NCBI RefSeq assembly: GCF_009914755.1
Contig: NC_060930.1
DNA from: the human T2T-CHM13v2.0 reference genome, Homo sapiens
Length of the DNA: 64,000 nt
Strand: one strand, 5' to 3'
The position numbers were made by a program, and so were the translations under genes. Positions 37,741 to 51,655 of the stretch are shown piece after piece. The notes beneath the pieces are model-generated. The model ran no database searches. It had not been told where the DNA came from and saw only the letters and a program-made list of their open reading frames with translations. How positions within the stretch are numbered: the stretch's first letter is position 1; every line of letters starts with the position of its first letter.

Positions 37741-40354
37741 CAAAACCATCAGCTAACACAATTACCTTCAAACTTACTAAAAATATGAATATCCACAGTC
37801 CTTCCCTGGAGGCTCTCATTTACCAGGATCTGGGTGGAGCTGGGAATTTGTATGTTTAATGAGGCCTCCAGGTAATTCTTCTTATAAGTCTGGGAAAGAT
37901 GATACTAGTTATCCTGCCTCTCAGTCAGGCAGTTTGATAATCACAAATTGAAAAATGATAGAGAACTGCTGATCTGTAGAGTGCTCCATATTGCACTCTC
38001 TCCTGCTAGTCAAGATAAAAGCCCTTATCAACCACAGACCACAATATAACAGACTGTCACAGATGTGTGTGTTGTTGTTGTTGTTGTTGTATTTAAATTT
38101 CATTTCTTTTATATATAAGCAGCAGTCAACTGTTCTTCAGACATACTTCACTCCCTTCTATGAGGCCTTTACTAATGTGATACATAGAATTATAGTTTAA
38201 AAAAAGAAAATGATTCTAAGTCAGTTAAGTTTTTAGCAGAAGTTGCTCCCACCACGTGTGCCTTTTCTCACCTTTCTGTGAGTACATCTTGTACTTTCCC
38301 ATCCAAGGACCTGCCTGGCAGTGACATGCATCTGGGGCATGTCTACTTCACCCCATTCCTGAGCTACAGATCAGAGAAAGGATGGATGGACCAGAGCCAG
38401 GATGATGAAAGGTCTGAGGCCCTCACTCTAAAGCAGCTTCTTTTCTTACTGTGAAGACCAAAAAAAAGGGCAAAATACATAAGCAACTGTATGAACACAT
38501 AGTATTAACTATATAAAGATGTAATTATATAAAAATCATTAAAATAATGGTCAGAGAAGAACGCAATTTCATGTGTTGTAAAGACCACAGACTTTTAAGC
38601 CGGTTACTCAGGATTTCTACTTCTCAATGGATAAAACCTCAGAATCTTCATTGACAAACAATATCACTGTAATAAAATATATTCATGGAAAACATCCTGA
38701 GACCAATTGCTGTGATTCTGGGTTAAAATGGGGTTTATCACAAAGGAAGAACCCATACTTAGGCAGCATTCTAACTTGGGGCTCTACTCGTGCATTCTGA
38801 TGACTTGTGTTCTAATCTCTAGAGGAAGAAATCAATATAAGTTTATTTTGCTCTTTGTCTTCTAGGCATATGATCTTTCTCCTGATAGCAATTATACATG
38901 CTAACGAGATTAATCATGAAATATTTCTCCTATTAATAATCATGTGAATCCACTGTCGATTCTACAAACTAACAACATACCAACCCTTTAGTATGTTCTA
39001 ATCAAAAAACTTCGTACAAACACACACAATTCATGATTAAGAGAGGTGGTATTTGTTCTCCATATTATGCTTTCCTTACAAACTACATTTCTTAGGCTCT
39101 TGAACAGGGAGCTATAAAATGAGTTCCTTCAGTTCTTATCTAGGCTACCTAATCCTTTGGCCTTGATTTTGAATTTGACAAGCTGCTTACCCAGTCTGTG
39201 TCTTAATTCCCATTGGTAAAGTGAAAAAAGCACTGCAAACAACCCACCAGGTAACTGAGAAGAGTTTCCAAAAAGGAACTTCAAGGAGTTTTCAACACTC
39301 ATAATACAGAGTACTTAGTTGAGCCCAAGGATTAGATTTCAAACGAGCAACAGAGCAATGGAAGGGATGGGCTGTGAGCTCCAACTTTCTCAAGGCCCCA
39401 CATGGGCTGAAAGTTTCCATAGTCTCAAAACACTACCATGTTTTCAGGTTGACAGGGAGTCATAGTATGAAATTATAGAGGAAACGAATTCAACCTTTAC
39501 AAAAAAAAAAGTCTTTAAAATCTGGATATAGTATTATAGTACCACACGCAAACATATATATATATACATAAAATACAAAGACATAATGAGAAAAAATGGC
39601 ACTGAATACACAAAAACATAGAAAGTTATTTTGAAAACTAAAGAATATAATGTTAGTATAACCTACTTGATAAAAATCAATGATTAAATATATTTACTAC
39701 TACTAATTGAAATTGTGGCTTCCTTCAGTCCTCCATTTAATCCATACTTACTGAATACTTCCCATTTGCTACCAGTTGCGGAAACAACTATAGCCTGGAG
39801 TTTAGGTCCCTATCTTAATGGAATTTACCTGCTAGTAGAAGAAAGAGCTTGTTTGGGAATTTTGAAAAATATTTTACAACTTGCTAAAAACATAACTATT
39901 AAATAAAATATAGTTTCTATTCTCAGCTATTTGCATTCTAAAGACAAAAACACATTCATATGTACCACTTTTTAAAACTTTAAAACTTAATTTTTTTTTT
40001 TAGGTAACTGTAAAGACCAGGAGAAAATACTAAAGTTTAAAGAAGTATTATATATTGCAAACATTTGGTCCAGGGAATGGGATAGAACGGATGGTACCGA
40101 GGGAATCAAAGGTCTTGCACAAGAAAGGATTCAAGGAGCATGATCTTCTTTCTCAACACGTGTAGCAGTGACATCTAGGAAATACACACACAAAATAAAT
40201 ATTTAGCATATTGATAAACAACATGGATTCTGGAGTCTGTCTCTCCCTGGGTGTCTGAATTCTGATTTGGACATTTAGAATCTATATAAACTGTGTCATT
40301 TAAACTCTGTATCTCAGTTCCCTCATCTTCAAAATGAAAATAATTGTGCCCACT

Positions 40355-40862
40355 TGTGTAGATTCTAAAAATGGACACAATCCTTTACTTCTCCCTATAT
40401 TCACATCCATTGTAGTTCCTCCCATCTATTTCCCCTCCCTTGACTACAGGCTGGCCTTGCGACTATTTTGGTCAAAAAAACCCATTGCAAGTGACAATGC
40501 ATTATCTCCAAGCCCAGGCTTCAAGAGACATTGTTCTCTTCCACTCTCTCCCAGGACTCTGCCTTCCCCATAGGAAAATGATGTTTCCATCATAGGAACA
40601 TGTTGCTGGGTGATGAGCAATCACATGGACCAGAACCAGTGAGTCGGTCCATTGGTCCCAGCCAAGGCCCCACAAATTATAACAGAGCTCAGCCAAGATT
40701 AGCAGGCAGAAAATACACTAGCTGGATAAGCAGAACTGTCCAGCTGACCCACAGACTAGTGAATAATATGCAGTGCTATTGTCTTCTAGGCATATGATCT
40801 AGTTAGTTTGAAGCTACTAAATTTAAGGCCCTTTTTTATGCAGCACAAAGCTAACTGATACA
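40355..40862 (+). mobile_element. MLT1H-like MaLR solo LTR inserted into a MIR
   Basis: aaaaatggacacaatcc...caggctggccttgcgact...ccaagcccaggcttcaagag...ccagctgacccacagac...aaagctaactgataCA; MIR halves at ~40225-40354 and ~40863-40945. Confidence 0.75.
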
Positions 40863-41336
40863 CATGAGATAGGACTGATGTGAGGATTACATAAATTCAA
40901 ATGCCTGACATATAATAGCACTATGTGAGTACTTCCTATTAAGAAGAGATAATTTCAAAATTGAGACCATTTGCCTAAGGACCTCGAAATCAAAGCCTGT
41001 GGGGCTTCTTGCTGGTTTTGTGTGCTTTTGATGGACAGTGGCACAGTGGCTGTGTGCCCGACATCCAGCAGTCAGGCTTGGATTTCTGAGGTATCTTAAC
41101 TTTCTATACAAATAATTCGTATTAGAGCAGAATGGTTGTCTAAGCAGCTCCAAATTCGCTAGTTGGCTGGGTGGAAGAAAATTTAAAATGTAGAAAGTAA
41201 AGGATCAGATAAGTCAACTATTTGGTCATCATTTTGATACTCATGATTCTTCCAAATAATCTGGTTATTATCTTGACTTTTAGTAATCATATATAAGTAA
41301 CCTCTCAAAGTGAGTGATTCAGAAGTAAATCTGCAA

Positions 41337-41640
41337 GAAGGATGGTTACTAGAGGCTGGGAAATGTTTTGGGGGGTTGGTGGGAAGGCAGAGATGGTTAA
41401 TGGGTACCAAAAATTAGTTAGAAAGAATGAATAAGACCTAGTATTTGATAGCACAACAGGGTGACTATAGTCAATAATAATTTAACTGTACATTTTAAAA
41501 TAACTGAAATAGTATAATTGGATTGTTTGTAACACAAAGGATAAATGCTTGAGGAGATGGATACCTCATTTTCCATGATGTAATTATTACCCATTGCATG
41601 TTATTATTATGCATGTGTAACTTTTTTTAAAAAAAATTTT
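41337..41640 (+). mobile_element. L1MA (about L1MA2-3) 3' end
   Basis: gatggttaatgggtacc...gaaagaatgaataagacctagtatttgatagcacaacagggtgactatagtcaataat...ggataaatgcttgagg. Confidence 0.88.
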
Positions 41641-43119
41641 TAAAGAGAAGTAAAGTTGGGAACTAATCTGGTGAATAAATTTCTTAATACTCATTGAAGT
41701 ATTAAGTAGTTTCATTGAAGTATTCTCCTGATCTCCTTAAGCCGGCAGCATAGACAGTCACTGTATTTGGACAGCAGGCCATGATACTCCTTATTAAACC
41801 CTATCACTTTTAATAGTGCCTTTAACCATATAACAATTAGCTTGTGTTTTGTCTCAATGTAATCCTTAATACCAACCCACATGTCCTTTTTAATACACTG
41901 TGATGCACAGGGGATTGTCTTATATACATGCATAAAATGAATTGTGAATATTCTGCCAAGTTAATTTTATGTATTTCAATATGATCTTCTCATCTTTTCC
42001 TTATTAAACTTAGTGCTTGGGAATTTCAAGGTCTTTTACAGAGGATCCAGATGCCCTTCGGTAACTGCCACCCATATCTTTTTTTATGATGTTGGTTATT
42101 TCAGTTAATGTTTTATTTTATAAGTATAAAATTCATTGCAGAGAACATTGATGTTCTCTCTCTATCTCTCTCTCTGTCAGAATACAAATGAATTTGAGGT
42201 TTCTATTGCTCTACCCAACTCAGTATATTTGCTAAATATAGAAAGTTTACATCCAAATAAAGAAAATTTGGCTTAATTATAATGCCATAAATAAAAGCAA
42301 AATTATCTTATTCTTTTTTTAAATAATCAACAGCATCAGCCATCATTGGAATGTACAGAACAACAGCTGTTCTGTTTCACACTGGAGTTTGCTCTCCTAA
42401 AATCTGACATACTACAGGTCATCACACAAATAAAGTATCTACTGCCCAAATAACAATGTACTGGGGTATTTAGAGTGGCAGCATGTAAAAACAAATTTAT
42501 AAAGCTGGCATTGCAAATAATTTTAACACTTGAAGCTAATTTCTTCCTTTAACATTCTCGAAGAACTTAAAAGTCTTTTGGAATTTACTAGCATGTTCCT
42601 CACTCTGGAATCTCATGGGATTACATTACATTGAGACAAATCTTTCACCTATTGGTAAGGGAAGAGACTTTTGTTAAAATTTAGAGAATGGCCTTTCATA
42701 GGTTTGTGAAGAAGGACAGGAGAGAGGGTCTTCCTATAAGTCCACAAGATGAGTTGACTTGCACTGAGCTGCTCACTTGTGCTGAGGTCAAAAGTATATG
42801 GTCTTTATATACACACCATGAACCCTCATATATACTAACAACATTTCTTTAGTACTTCTGAAACACGGCGATCTTCTTTTAAATTATTTTTTTAAAGCCA
42901 TGAGAAAGTGAAGGTTCAATTGGCCTTATTGACTCCACTTCCATGGAGAATTAACTCCTGCAGTGTGTCAAATAGCTGGTCCCAGGAGTTGACCAAGAAG
43001 AGCCTGAAGAGGATTTTCTTCTGCCCGGAATAATAGGAGGAAAATTGGTAGAGAAACTATCAAACAATGTAGAATCTTGGACCTAGAGCTAGAAAAGATT
43101 TTAAAGGATAAACCTGATA

Positions 43120-43720
43120 ACCTGTATTTTATATTCTCCAGCCAAAGGACTCCGTTAAAATCTAAATCACACAAAATCTTCAAATGTCTCATTTTCTTAC
43201 TCAGGGTAAAAAGCAAAGTCCTTAAATGCTCTACACAGTCCTATTCTGCCTGCCACTCACCACCTTTGGCCTCAGCTTCTGTGACTTTCTCGCATTGACT
43301 TACCTCCAGCACAGTGGCCTCCTTGCCAAGACATACGCTCACTGCATGAGATTTCTGTTTGCCGTTCTCTCTACCTGGAATTGTTCCTCTCTCATTTCGA
43401 CATGACTCATGCCTGTATCACTTTCAGGTCTTCTCTCAAAAGTTACCTTCTCAGAGAGGTCTTTCCCTGACAACCTTAATTAACTTAAAAAAATCAATCC
43501 CCCGCATTTTCTATCCCCTTTCAGTTTTATTTTTTGCACACTACTTATCACCTTCTAACATACCTACGTATTTCCTTTGTTTGGTGCTTGCATCTCACCA
43601 TCAGAACGCCAGCTCCATGAGCTGCATTTCTGTCTTGCACTGCTATATCCCCAGAGCCAATGGCATCCTGGTACATTGTAGGCACTTGATACCTTCTTAC
43701 TGAATGAATACGTGAATGAA
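43120..43720 (+). mobile_element. L2 LINE 3' end
   Basis: atattctccagcc...aaatctaaatcac...agcaaagtcctta...tctcagagaggtctttccctgac...ctatatccccagagcc...gtaggcacttgata...tgaatgaat. Confidence 0.8.
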
Positions 43721-44756
43721 AAACTGGTGTTCAAAGTACTTAAGGATTTATACAAACTCACACTTTAGAAATCAGGTAACAGAGCAGGAGTAGACACCAA
43801 CTTACATCCCCTTTACACAAACTAAATGAAGACTTATTAATATAATACAGGTGTCAGTCTGAAACATAAGCCTACTGACATTTATGTAGGGCTTTATTAC
43901 TCAAAAAACTAATTCTCATTTAATTCTCTTGACCACTCTATCAAGTACAAACTAGTATCTATTTTACAGTTTATAAATTTGATGCTCAAAGAGACTACAG
44001 GAAAAAATAGGTTCATTGGAAAGAGATCTGTTAAAGAGGCTCTTCTGCCCTCTAAAAGAATGTTTCATTTTGCAAAAAGAAGCACTGCAGAATTTCATTC
44101 AATGATAGCTCTTCTAATACCAAAATTTTAAAGTGAAATTCAATATGCCCACAACTTTTCAGATAAATTCTTAGGGCATAAAGCAAGTGTTCCAGTTCAT
44201 CTGGATTTCATCCCTCATTTTGCCTTAAGCTTTTATGAATATCATTTTGAGGTCCAAGAATAGTAGTATAACAGAAAAGTTTACTTTCTTTCTGTATATT
44301 TTGTTTTTATGTGGGTATGCATGTGTGTGTGCATCTCTGTATGTGTCTGTAATTTTGTTTTGTTTCAATTTGAGAGGATTCACCAGTCTTAAAGAATCTG
44401 GGTCTACTTTGAACAAATCTAATCACTGCAAATTGTCTGCAGATTAAAATAAAATAAAACAAAAAAACTCATGGAAAACAAACAAAAAGTAGAAGGAAAG
44501 AGAAATTAAAAATAATTAGCTTGGGAAGGAGTAAAAGTTACCCCATGAAATTCTAACAATTTTCCGAAATAGTCTGCCTGCAGCTGAGATTAGTCTCACG
44601 AGCAAATGCAGACATCCACCCTTTTTTTTTAATCTGAGTATAGCCCCTGCATCTACTTGTAGGGCATTCATAAGACATGTAAAGTGTGAAATTTATCAGA
44701 TTTGATGATTCTTAAGAATTAGAAAATCTGGGACTACAAGATATATTCAAGATACC

Positions 44757-45003
44757 TGCTATGGTGTCACAACTTGTACTCCCCAAAATTTATATATTGA
44801 AATCCTAATCCCCAAGGTGATGGCATTAGGAGGTAGGGCCTTTGGGGTGATCACATCAGCAGGTAGGGCCTCATGAAGGGATTAGTGCCCTTCAATGCCT
44901 TGATTTGGACTTCCGAGTCTCTAGAACTCTGATAAATGTTTATTGTCTATAAGCTGCCCAGTTTATGGCATTTTTGTTGTAGTAACATGAATGGACTAAG
45001 ACA
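44757..45003 (+). mobile_element. MLT1A-like MaLR solo LTR (internally deleted) with 5-bp TSD
   Basis: TGctatgg...gaaatcctaatccccaaggtgatggcattaggaggtagggccttt...gaatggactaagaCA; ATACC at both 44752-44756 and 45004-45008. Confidence 0.88.
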
Positions 45004-47057
45004 ATACCTTAAGTGAATGTCTTTCTACCACAACTGCATAGAATATTCCTTTGAAATCCAACTAAATATTTCTTCCATTGCTGAATCAATTGTAATAACA
45101 TCACAGCTAGAAACTCATAAAAGTGAAACATAAGAAAACTGATTTACAAGAAGAAAAAGCAGAGTGTAGGGTCTTTTTTTATGTAATGCATTTACCACAG
45201 AGACATTTGGTTTTCAGGTCAAGAAAATCTGTCTGGGGCAAGAATGATTACACTATGGAGGTTAAGCACTAATGCAACAGCCATCTTTATCAAAATAAAA
45301 AGTAAGTTCATCAATCATAGAAAAAGCACCCGAGAGACTGTTTACTAACATAGTAATTAAGAAACATAAATGTACAACAAACTACCTGCAGATATAGCAA
45401 TACTAAGTGTTCCTTTACGGACTTAAAACATAAATGCATTAGTTGCAGAATATTTATAGGCAATCTATAATCTTGCAAATCTAAGAGGTTTTTTTACTAG
45501 AACACTGAAAAGCCTCTGACAAAAAAAAAATTTTAAAGCTTAAAAAAAAAAAAGAAAATTCATAAGATCTTAGGCTCCAAGTAGATCAGCTCTATTTTCA
45601 GTGTCTTAGGGTAGCATCATATTTAAGTCATTCTAGAGAGTTAATAATCAATTAGCAACCACTACAGAAAATGACTTATCAGCCAGCCCTGAAAATCTGC
45701 TGCAATTATTAATTTAAAAAATTTGATTTGTACACGCTGCTATTTCTTTCCAGAAAACTAAAATTAAGACCTGATTCATCTGGATGAAGATGAACACCAA
45801 GGCATTTTCCTGTTTCAGAGTTTAGAATGTGGAAACTATTTCTGGATGTGGTGTGAAAATAAGAATCCTATGTATTATCCATTTGCGAAGTAGGAGAATG
45901 CACTAACCTTACATTTAATGAAATTTAAATTCGGTTGCAGGGAAAAAGGAATGAAATCAAAATCATTATAAAATTTTTCATTACTAAATTTTCATTGTCC
46001 CAATTATGAACATTACTTGACATAGCAATATAGTTTATGGCAGAGCACAGAGTTCGAGTTCTAGTCAACAGAACATGAACTGAGTCATCACCTCAAACTC
46101 TGCCCTGTCAAAATGGAATCATCTCAATAAATTATACTTTCCTTGGGTCTCATTTCTCATCCCTTTAATCATCTTTGAGGCTCTCCTCTGAACAACTTCC
46201 AAGTGTTCTGCATTCTTCTCTGGCTTCTGAATTTTAATAATGTACTTGATCAAATGTCAAAGGAAGTTGTTATTAGTCTTTCAGAATAATTTCAAGAATA
46301 GATACACTCTTAGAAATCACGACTTAAATGAAACCTGCATAAATCTAAACAATTTAGTTCTACTACCCTCAGTGGAATAGGTAACCAACAGTACATTATT
46401 TTACTCGTGTTTCATTATTTATAGAAAATGCTTTTACTCAAAATATACATTGTAAATTTACTTCATTTACCTAAACTGTTTGAAGAGGCACAAATAAGAA
46501 ATTGATTTTGAACGTTCTGTAGCTATACTCTTGTTTTAGTAGCACCAATTAACTTAAGTAGGAAAGTGCTTATAGCAAAAGTAAATATTTTTATTAGAAC
46601 ATACGTCTATTATTGATATGACCTTTTGATGGGAGATATACACATTTTTTACTACCACACATATCTGTTGTTGGCATGACATTTTGAAGGAAGGTTTACA
46701 CATTTTTTTTATTAACACACACCCATTATGACATTTTGACATACATGATATTTTGGTGAGACGATCCATAACCCCTTGCTCTCAGGCCTACCTGAGTAGG
46801 ATAAGGAATCCAGCTGACTTCCCCACTTTGGCAGGGGACCACCTGAGGAAAGCCTCACCTCCACATGGGGTGAGGAGGCTGAAATGGAAATGAGACAAGT
46901 GGTTTTAATCCACTCAGCCTGGAGACCCTCCTGATCAGCTCAGTTTCTCAGATTCACAACCGCCTCATAACTTAAAGCCCAAATTTACTTAGATGGCTCC
47001 CAACCCATATCATTGGCCTTTCACTAGCCCAACCAGTGACACTTGAACAAAGTGTAC

Positions 47058-47588
47058 GGGGTGTTAATGTATGTTAGCAAATTATTTGACACTCCTCCAA
47101 TCAAAAAGTCTTATTCACCAAGTGATTTACTTCTGAAGAATAGGATGTGGCAGCAGTGAGCAAGTACAAGTTCCAAGGCTAGATTAGAAAAGGTCATTGG
47201 GATTCTGACTGATTCTCTCCCTTGGGACATGCACTTCAAGAGCCCTAGCTGCTGTGTAATACGTCTCACTACTCTGAAGCTGTCATACTGGAGAGACCAC
47301 ATGGAAAGACCACAAGAGAAAGAAAGAAATGCTGAGGAGCTCCAGACATTTTTGTCTCAAAGCATTTGCATCTTCCCAGACAACAGAAAACATCACTACC
47401 ACACCTGTGAGTCAGCAGCCTTCAGATGGCTCCAGCCCAGCTTTCAAGCCACTGTGACAAAGCAAAGACAAGCTGACCCTCTGAGTCCTGCCCAAATTGC
47501 AACTATGTGAGAAAATGAAATATTGATATTGTTTTAAGCTACCAGTTTGGGGGATGGTTTGTTACATAGCAATAGACAAGCCTAATAC
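47058..47588 (+). mobile_element. MLT1G/H-like MaLR LTR
   Basis: caaattatttgacactcctcc...ttccaaggctag...tggagagaccacatgg...cctgcccaaattgc...ttgttttaagctacc...gtttgttacatagcaatagac. Confidence 0.75.
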
Positions 47589-48234
47589 AGACCTTATCCC
47601 TATCAAGAGAGAAAATCAAGCTTCACATAGAAAAGTGACTAAATCAATAGTCTCTATAATTTTTTGATCACACAATCACAATAAATGTTTGTTTACTTAT
47701 TTATTGATTTAATACATGTATGACTACACTAATGTACTATGCACAGACATAAACTTTCAAAAGGAGGAGCTAAAAACAGAAATTCTGATATTTCCCCCGG
47801 TCCCAAAAGGTTTATTATGCTCACCCAACTTCAAAAACTTCTGAAGGCAGCATGCAAATTGTTTATATAATAGTTCTGAAATTCCAGGTGATTTGACAAA
47901 CTACTAGTTAGGAACAGATTACAAGTGCCAAATTTGAAGGAAACATGTGGATTTTACGTAGTCTTTAAAAAAAAATCACTTTAGCAAACAACAGAGACAT
48001 TTAGAATGGAAGGAGCACTTGGAAGTTTTAGCTAACAACTCAACTCCAATATCAGCTATGCCAGTAGTTTGTTACAGAAGTTAAGAGACAGCAGTTCATG
48101 AAGTGTTACTCTTTTGATTTAGTTCGATTGGTTTCCAGGAAAACTCTGTTATAAGATATACTGCAGTCACTCATGTTCAATGGTGTTTCCTGGAAGTAGA
48201 CAATCTGGCATAGTGGCCAAGATCACCACCTTGC

Positions 48235-48490
48235 CAGGAGTGTGGCTTGGTGGTTAAATCTTCTGAAGTAAGCCCACTGCTCTCCCACTGTGCCAAACAG
48301 GCTGGGTATCCTTGGGCAACTACTTAACTCTTTAAGCATCAATCTCTACTTCTGCAAGTGGTGATGACAATGGCATCTAACTCTTAAGGTAATGAGGATT
48401 TAATCAAGTATCTAAAGCTCTTAGCACTGTTCCTGAATTGGAATGAGTGCTCAATACATGTTAGCTGTTAATTGTTGTTATTATTGTTAT
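48235..48490 (+). mobile_element. MIR SINE
   Basis: tggtggttaa...ccttgggcaactacttaactctttaagcatcaatctctacttctgcaagtgg...ttagcactgttcctg...gtgctcaatacatgttagc. Confidence 0.75.
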
Positions 48491-49016
48491 TATCAAAAGA
48501 TAAATAATTAAATTTATAATTTAAGGAATTAGTAAATTGTGTGTGTGCCTGTCTGTCTTTCCTGAAAGAAAATGGCATTCTTTCAGTCAGGATTAAGGCA
48601 GAAAACGAGCCCATTCCCAATCTTTTGCTCATCCAGTCCTAGTCCCCTACTCCTCCACCCTAGGCCACCCTCAAACTATTTATAAGTGGGGCAACTGAAG
48701 TGTGGAAAACGGAAATAACTCACCACAAGTAACAAAGCTTATTTATGACAAAAGTTGTACCAAAACTAGTGAACTAGATGCGTAACAGAAATATCAGTGT
48801 ACTTTGGAATAAGATGTAGTTCCAATATGTGGTTCAGTAGCATTATAATTCCAGGTAACATCTGTTTCCTCTTCTGTAAAATTGGGAGTCATAATATACA
48901 TATTGGCTCTTGTGTAGTGAAAATAAAAATATGTATAAAATGATTTTTGTTACACAAATGTAAGGTAGTAACATTATTAGAGGCCATATTTCCTAAGCTA
49001 GGTCTAATATGTAAAC

Positions 49017-49253
49017 CAGTATTTTTCAAACTATAGGTGTTAACACATGGGATTTGCGGAATCAGTTTGGTGAGTCACAACCAGCATTTTACCAAAATAT
49101 AAATAGATTAGAATAGAGTAGAATAGAACATATTAGGAAATATCCTTTATTTTAGATGGTAAGGTTCAGAATGATTTTGTGAAAGTTTCACACAAGATAA
49201 TACATGCATAATCATGTAAAAATATTTTCTCAGTAGACAAGTTTGAAAGTCAT
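49017..49253. mobile_element. hAT-Charlie-type DNA transposon remnant
   Basis: Terminal cagtatttttcaaact ... agtttgaaagtca, internal gagtcacaaccagcatttt...aatagaatag motif. Confidence 0.5.
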
Positions 49254-50249
49254 CACACCACTGGCTTTGAAACTTCTATATGCCTCAGAATCACTCACAG
49301 GGCTTGTTAGAATATGTTAGCTTGTGTACAATGTTCCACAGAGATGCTAATATATAGAAAATCGAAACTGCACAGCACCACCTCATGAGATAGACGAGTG
49401 CAAAATGGAGGTAGACATTCATACGTTTGCCACAGGTTCCTAACAGCCTTATTTCTATTTTGTTGATAAGATTTGGCCAGAAAACTTTACATATTGGGGA
49501 GTTCTTCAAATATTTACTGGAAAAAAAAATGCACTGACAACTCCCAAATACTTGGCTAAATCACCAACCAAAAGGGGGCAGGAGTTGATCAAAGAGTCCC
49601 TTAAAAGCTTTCTACTCACTCTGTAGGGAGCAGTCTTGGCTAGTCATGAATAAAAACAAGCATTGGGATACTCTAATTTTCCCATCTGCAACTTGTAGTC
49701 TGTAAATAAGCTGTCAGGTATCTGTCATTAATTCATTCATTCAATGAATATTTATCAAACAGCATGTCAAGCCCTGTATTAGAAACTGGGAATACAATGG
49801 TGAGCACATTGCTCTTGCCTATGGAATTGTTTGGGCCAGTTCATTTCCAGGCCAGGTGACAACACACAACATTCATTACTCAAAGTACTGATGATTTATG
49901 ATTTTAACATTTAGGACACATTACAGCTGCTAAAATAACTTTTATATCCATTATCTCATTAAATCTGTATAGCCATAATCTAAGTTGTTTAGAGGAGGTA
50001 TTAGTTCATTTTATAGGCTGAGGAAACAAAAGTCCAAGGTTCACTAAGTAGTAAGTGTTGAGACTAGAATTCAAACCTGAAAGCCTGATCCCAAACACTG
50101 TCTCTTCCCACAATGCAGACTTGCTGTTTCTTACCCTTTCCATTCCTGGGCTGACGATGAATGCAGATGAGGAGCTGAGCATGAGGGTCTGTGTATCAAG
50201 ATCCCACAAGCTCTACTTCTTTTTCAGTGCTTCTGCTGTCTTACTGCAT

Positions 50250-50985
<736 letters not shown>

Positions 50986-51189
50986 CTAATTTTTATTTTC
51001 CCAATGTATTCTGTGTGGCTCCTGTCTTTCCTCAATCTTATATGCCCTCTTTAAATCCAACTTTATCTTTTTGACATGCTGAAATAACCCCTCAATAATC
51101 TCTCCTTCACCTTCAGTGACAATATTGCATTGAAGGACATAAACTTTAGCTACTTTCTTCCTCTCTTTCTTAGTCAGAACCCCATATGT

Positions 51190-51655
51190 TGCCAAATCAA
51201 CCCTACCTTTGGAATTAAATGAAGCATCACCCTACAGGACATAAAATTTGCATTCCTGCACAGTTACTCAAGGACCAGATGAAGCAACTAGAAATGTGAA
51301 AGAGGTAGTTCTACCCAGAGTGAATTTTGACCAGTGGGAAAAGGGAGACAGAGAGAAAGCAAGCAGGCAATTATTTCTCCTTTCTCTCCCCTGCATACTA
51401 CTCCCAGGTACAGTGCTTCCTTTCAAGCCTTCTAGATAATTCCTTCCTGCTGACTGAACAAGCCTGCTGAATTATCTGATATGTTGTGTTATGGCTGTGA
51501 TGCAGTAGCCAGCATGGTAGCACACTGTGTTGCAAGAGATTACATCTGTTCCTTACCTCAACATCCTGTGATGTGATTGTATCTGGAAAATAAACTATTA
51601 GAATCATAATCATTGCTTCAGGCTCGGCTTTCCAGAGGATTCAGGCTAAGTGACA
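51190..51655 (+). mobile_element. Old ERVL LTR (LTR16/LTR40-like)
   Basis: gtgaattttgaccagtggg...; aataaactatt...gcttcaggctcggctttccagaggattcaggctaagtgaca resembles an ERVL LTR 3' end. Confidence 0.5.

Noticed and set aside
42355-42377. AGAACA...TGTTCT resembling a glucocorticoid/androgen response element
   Set aside because: Spacer is 5 nt rather than the required 3
46851-46881. Small hairpin cctcacctc-cacat-ggggtgagg
   Set aside because: Too short for a pre-miRNA and no other ncRNA hallmark
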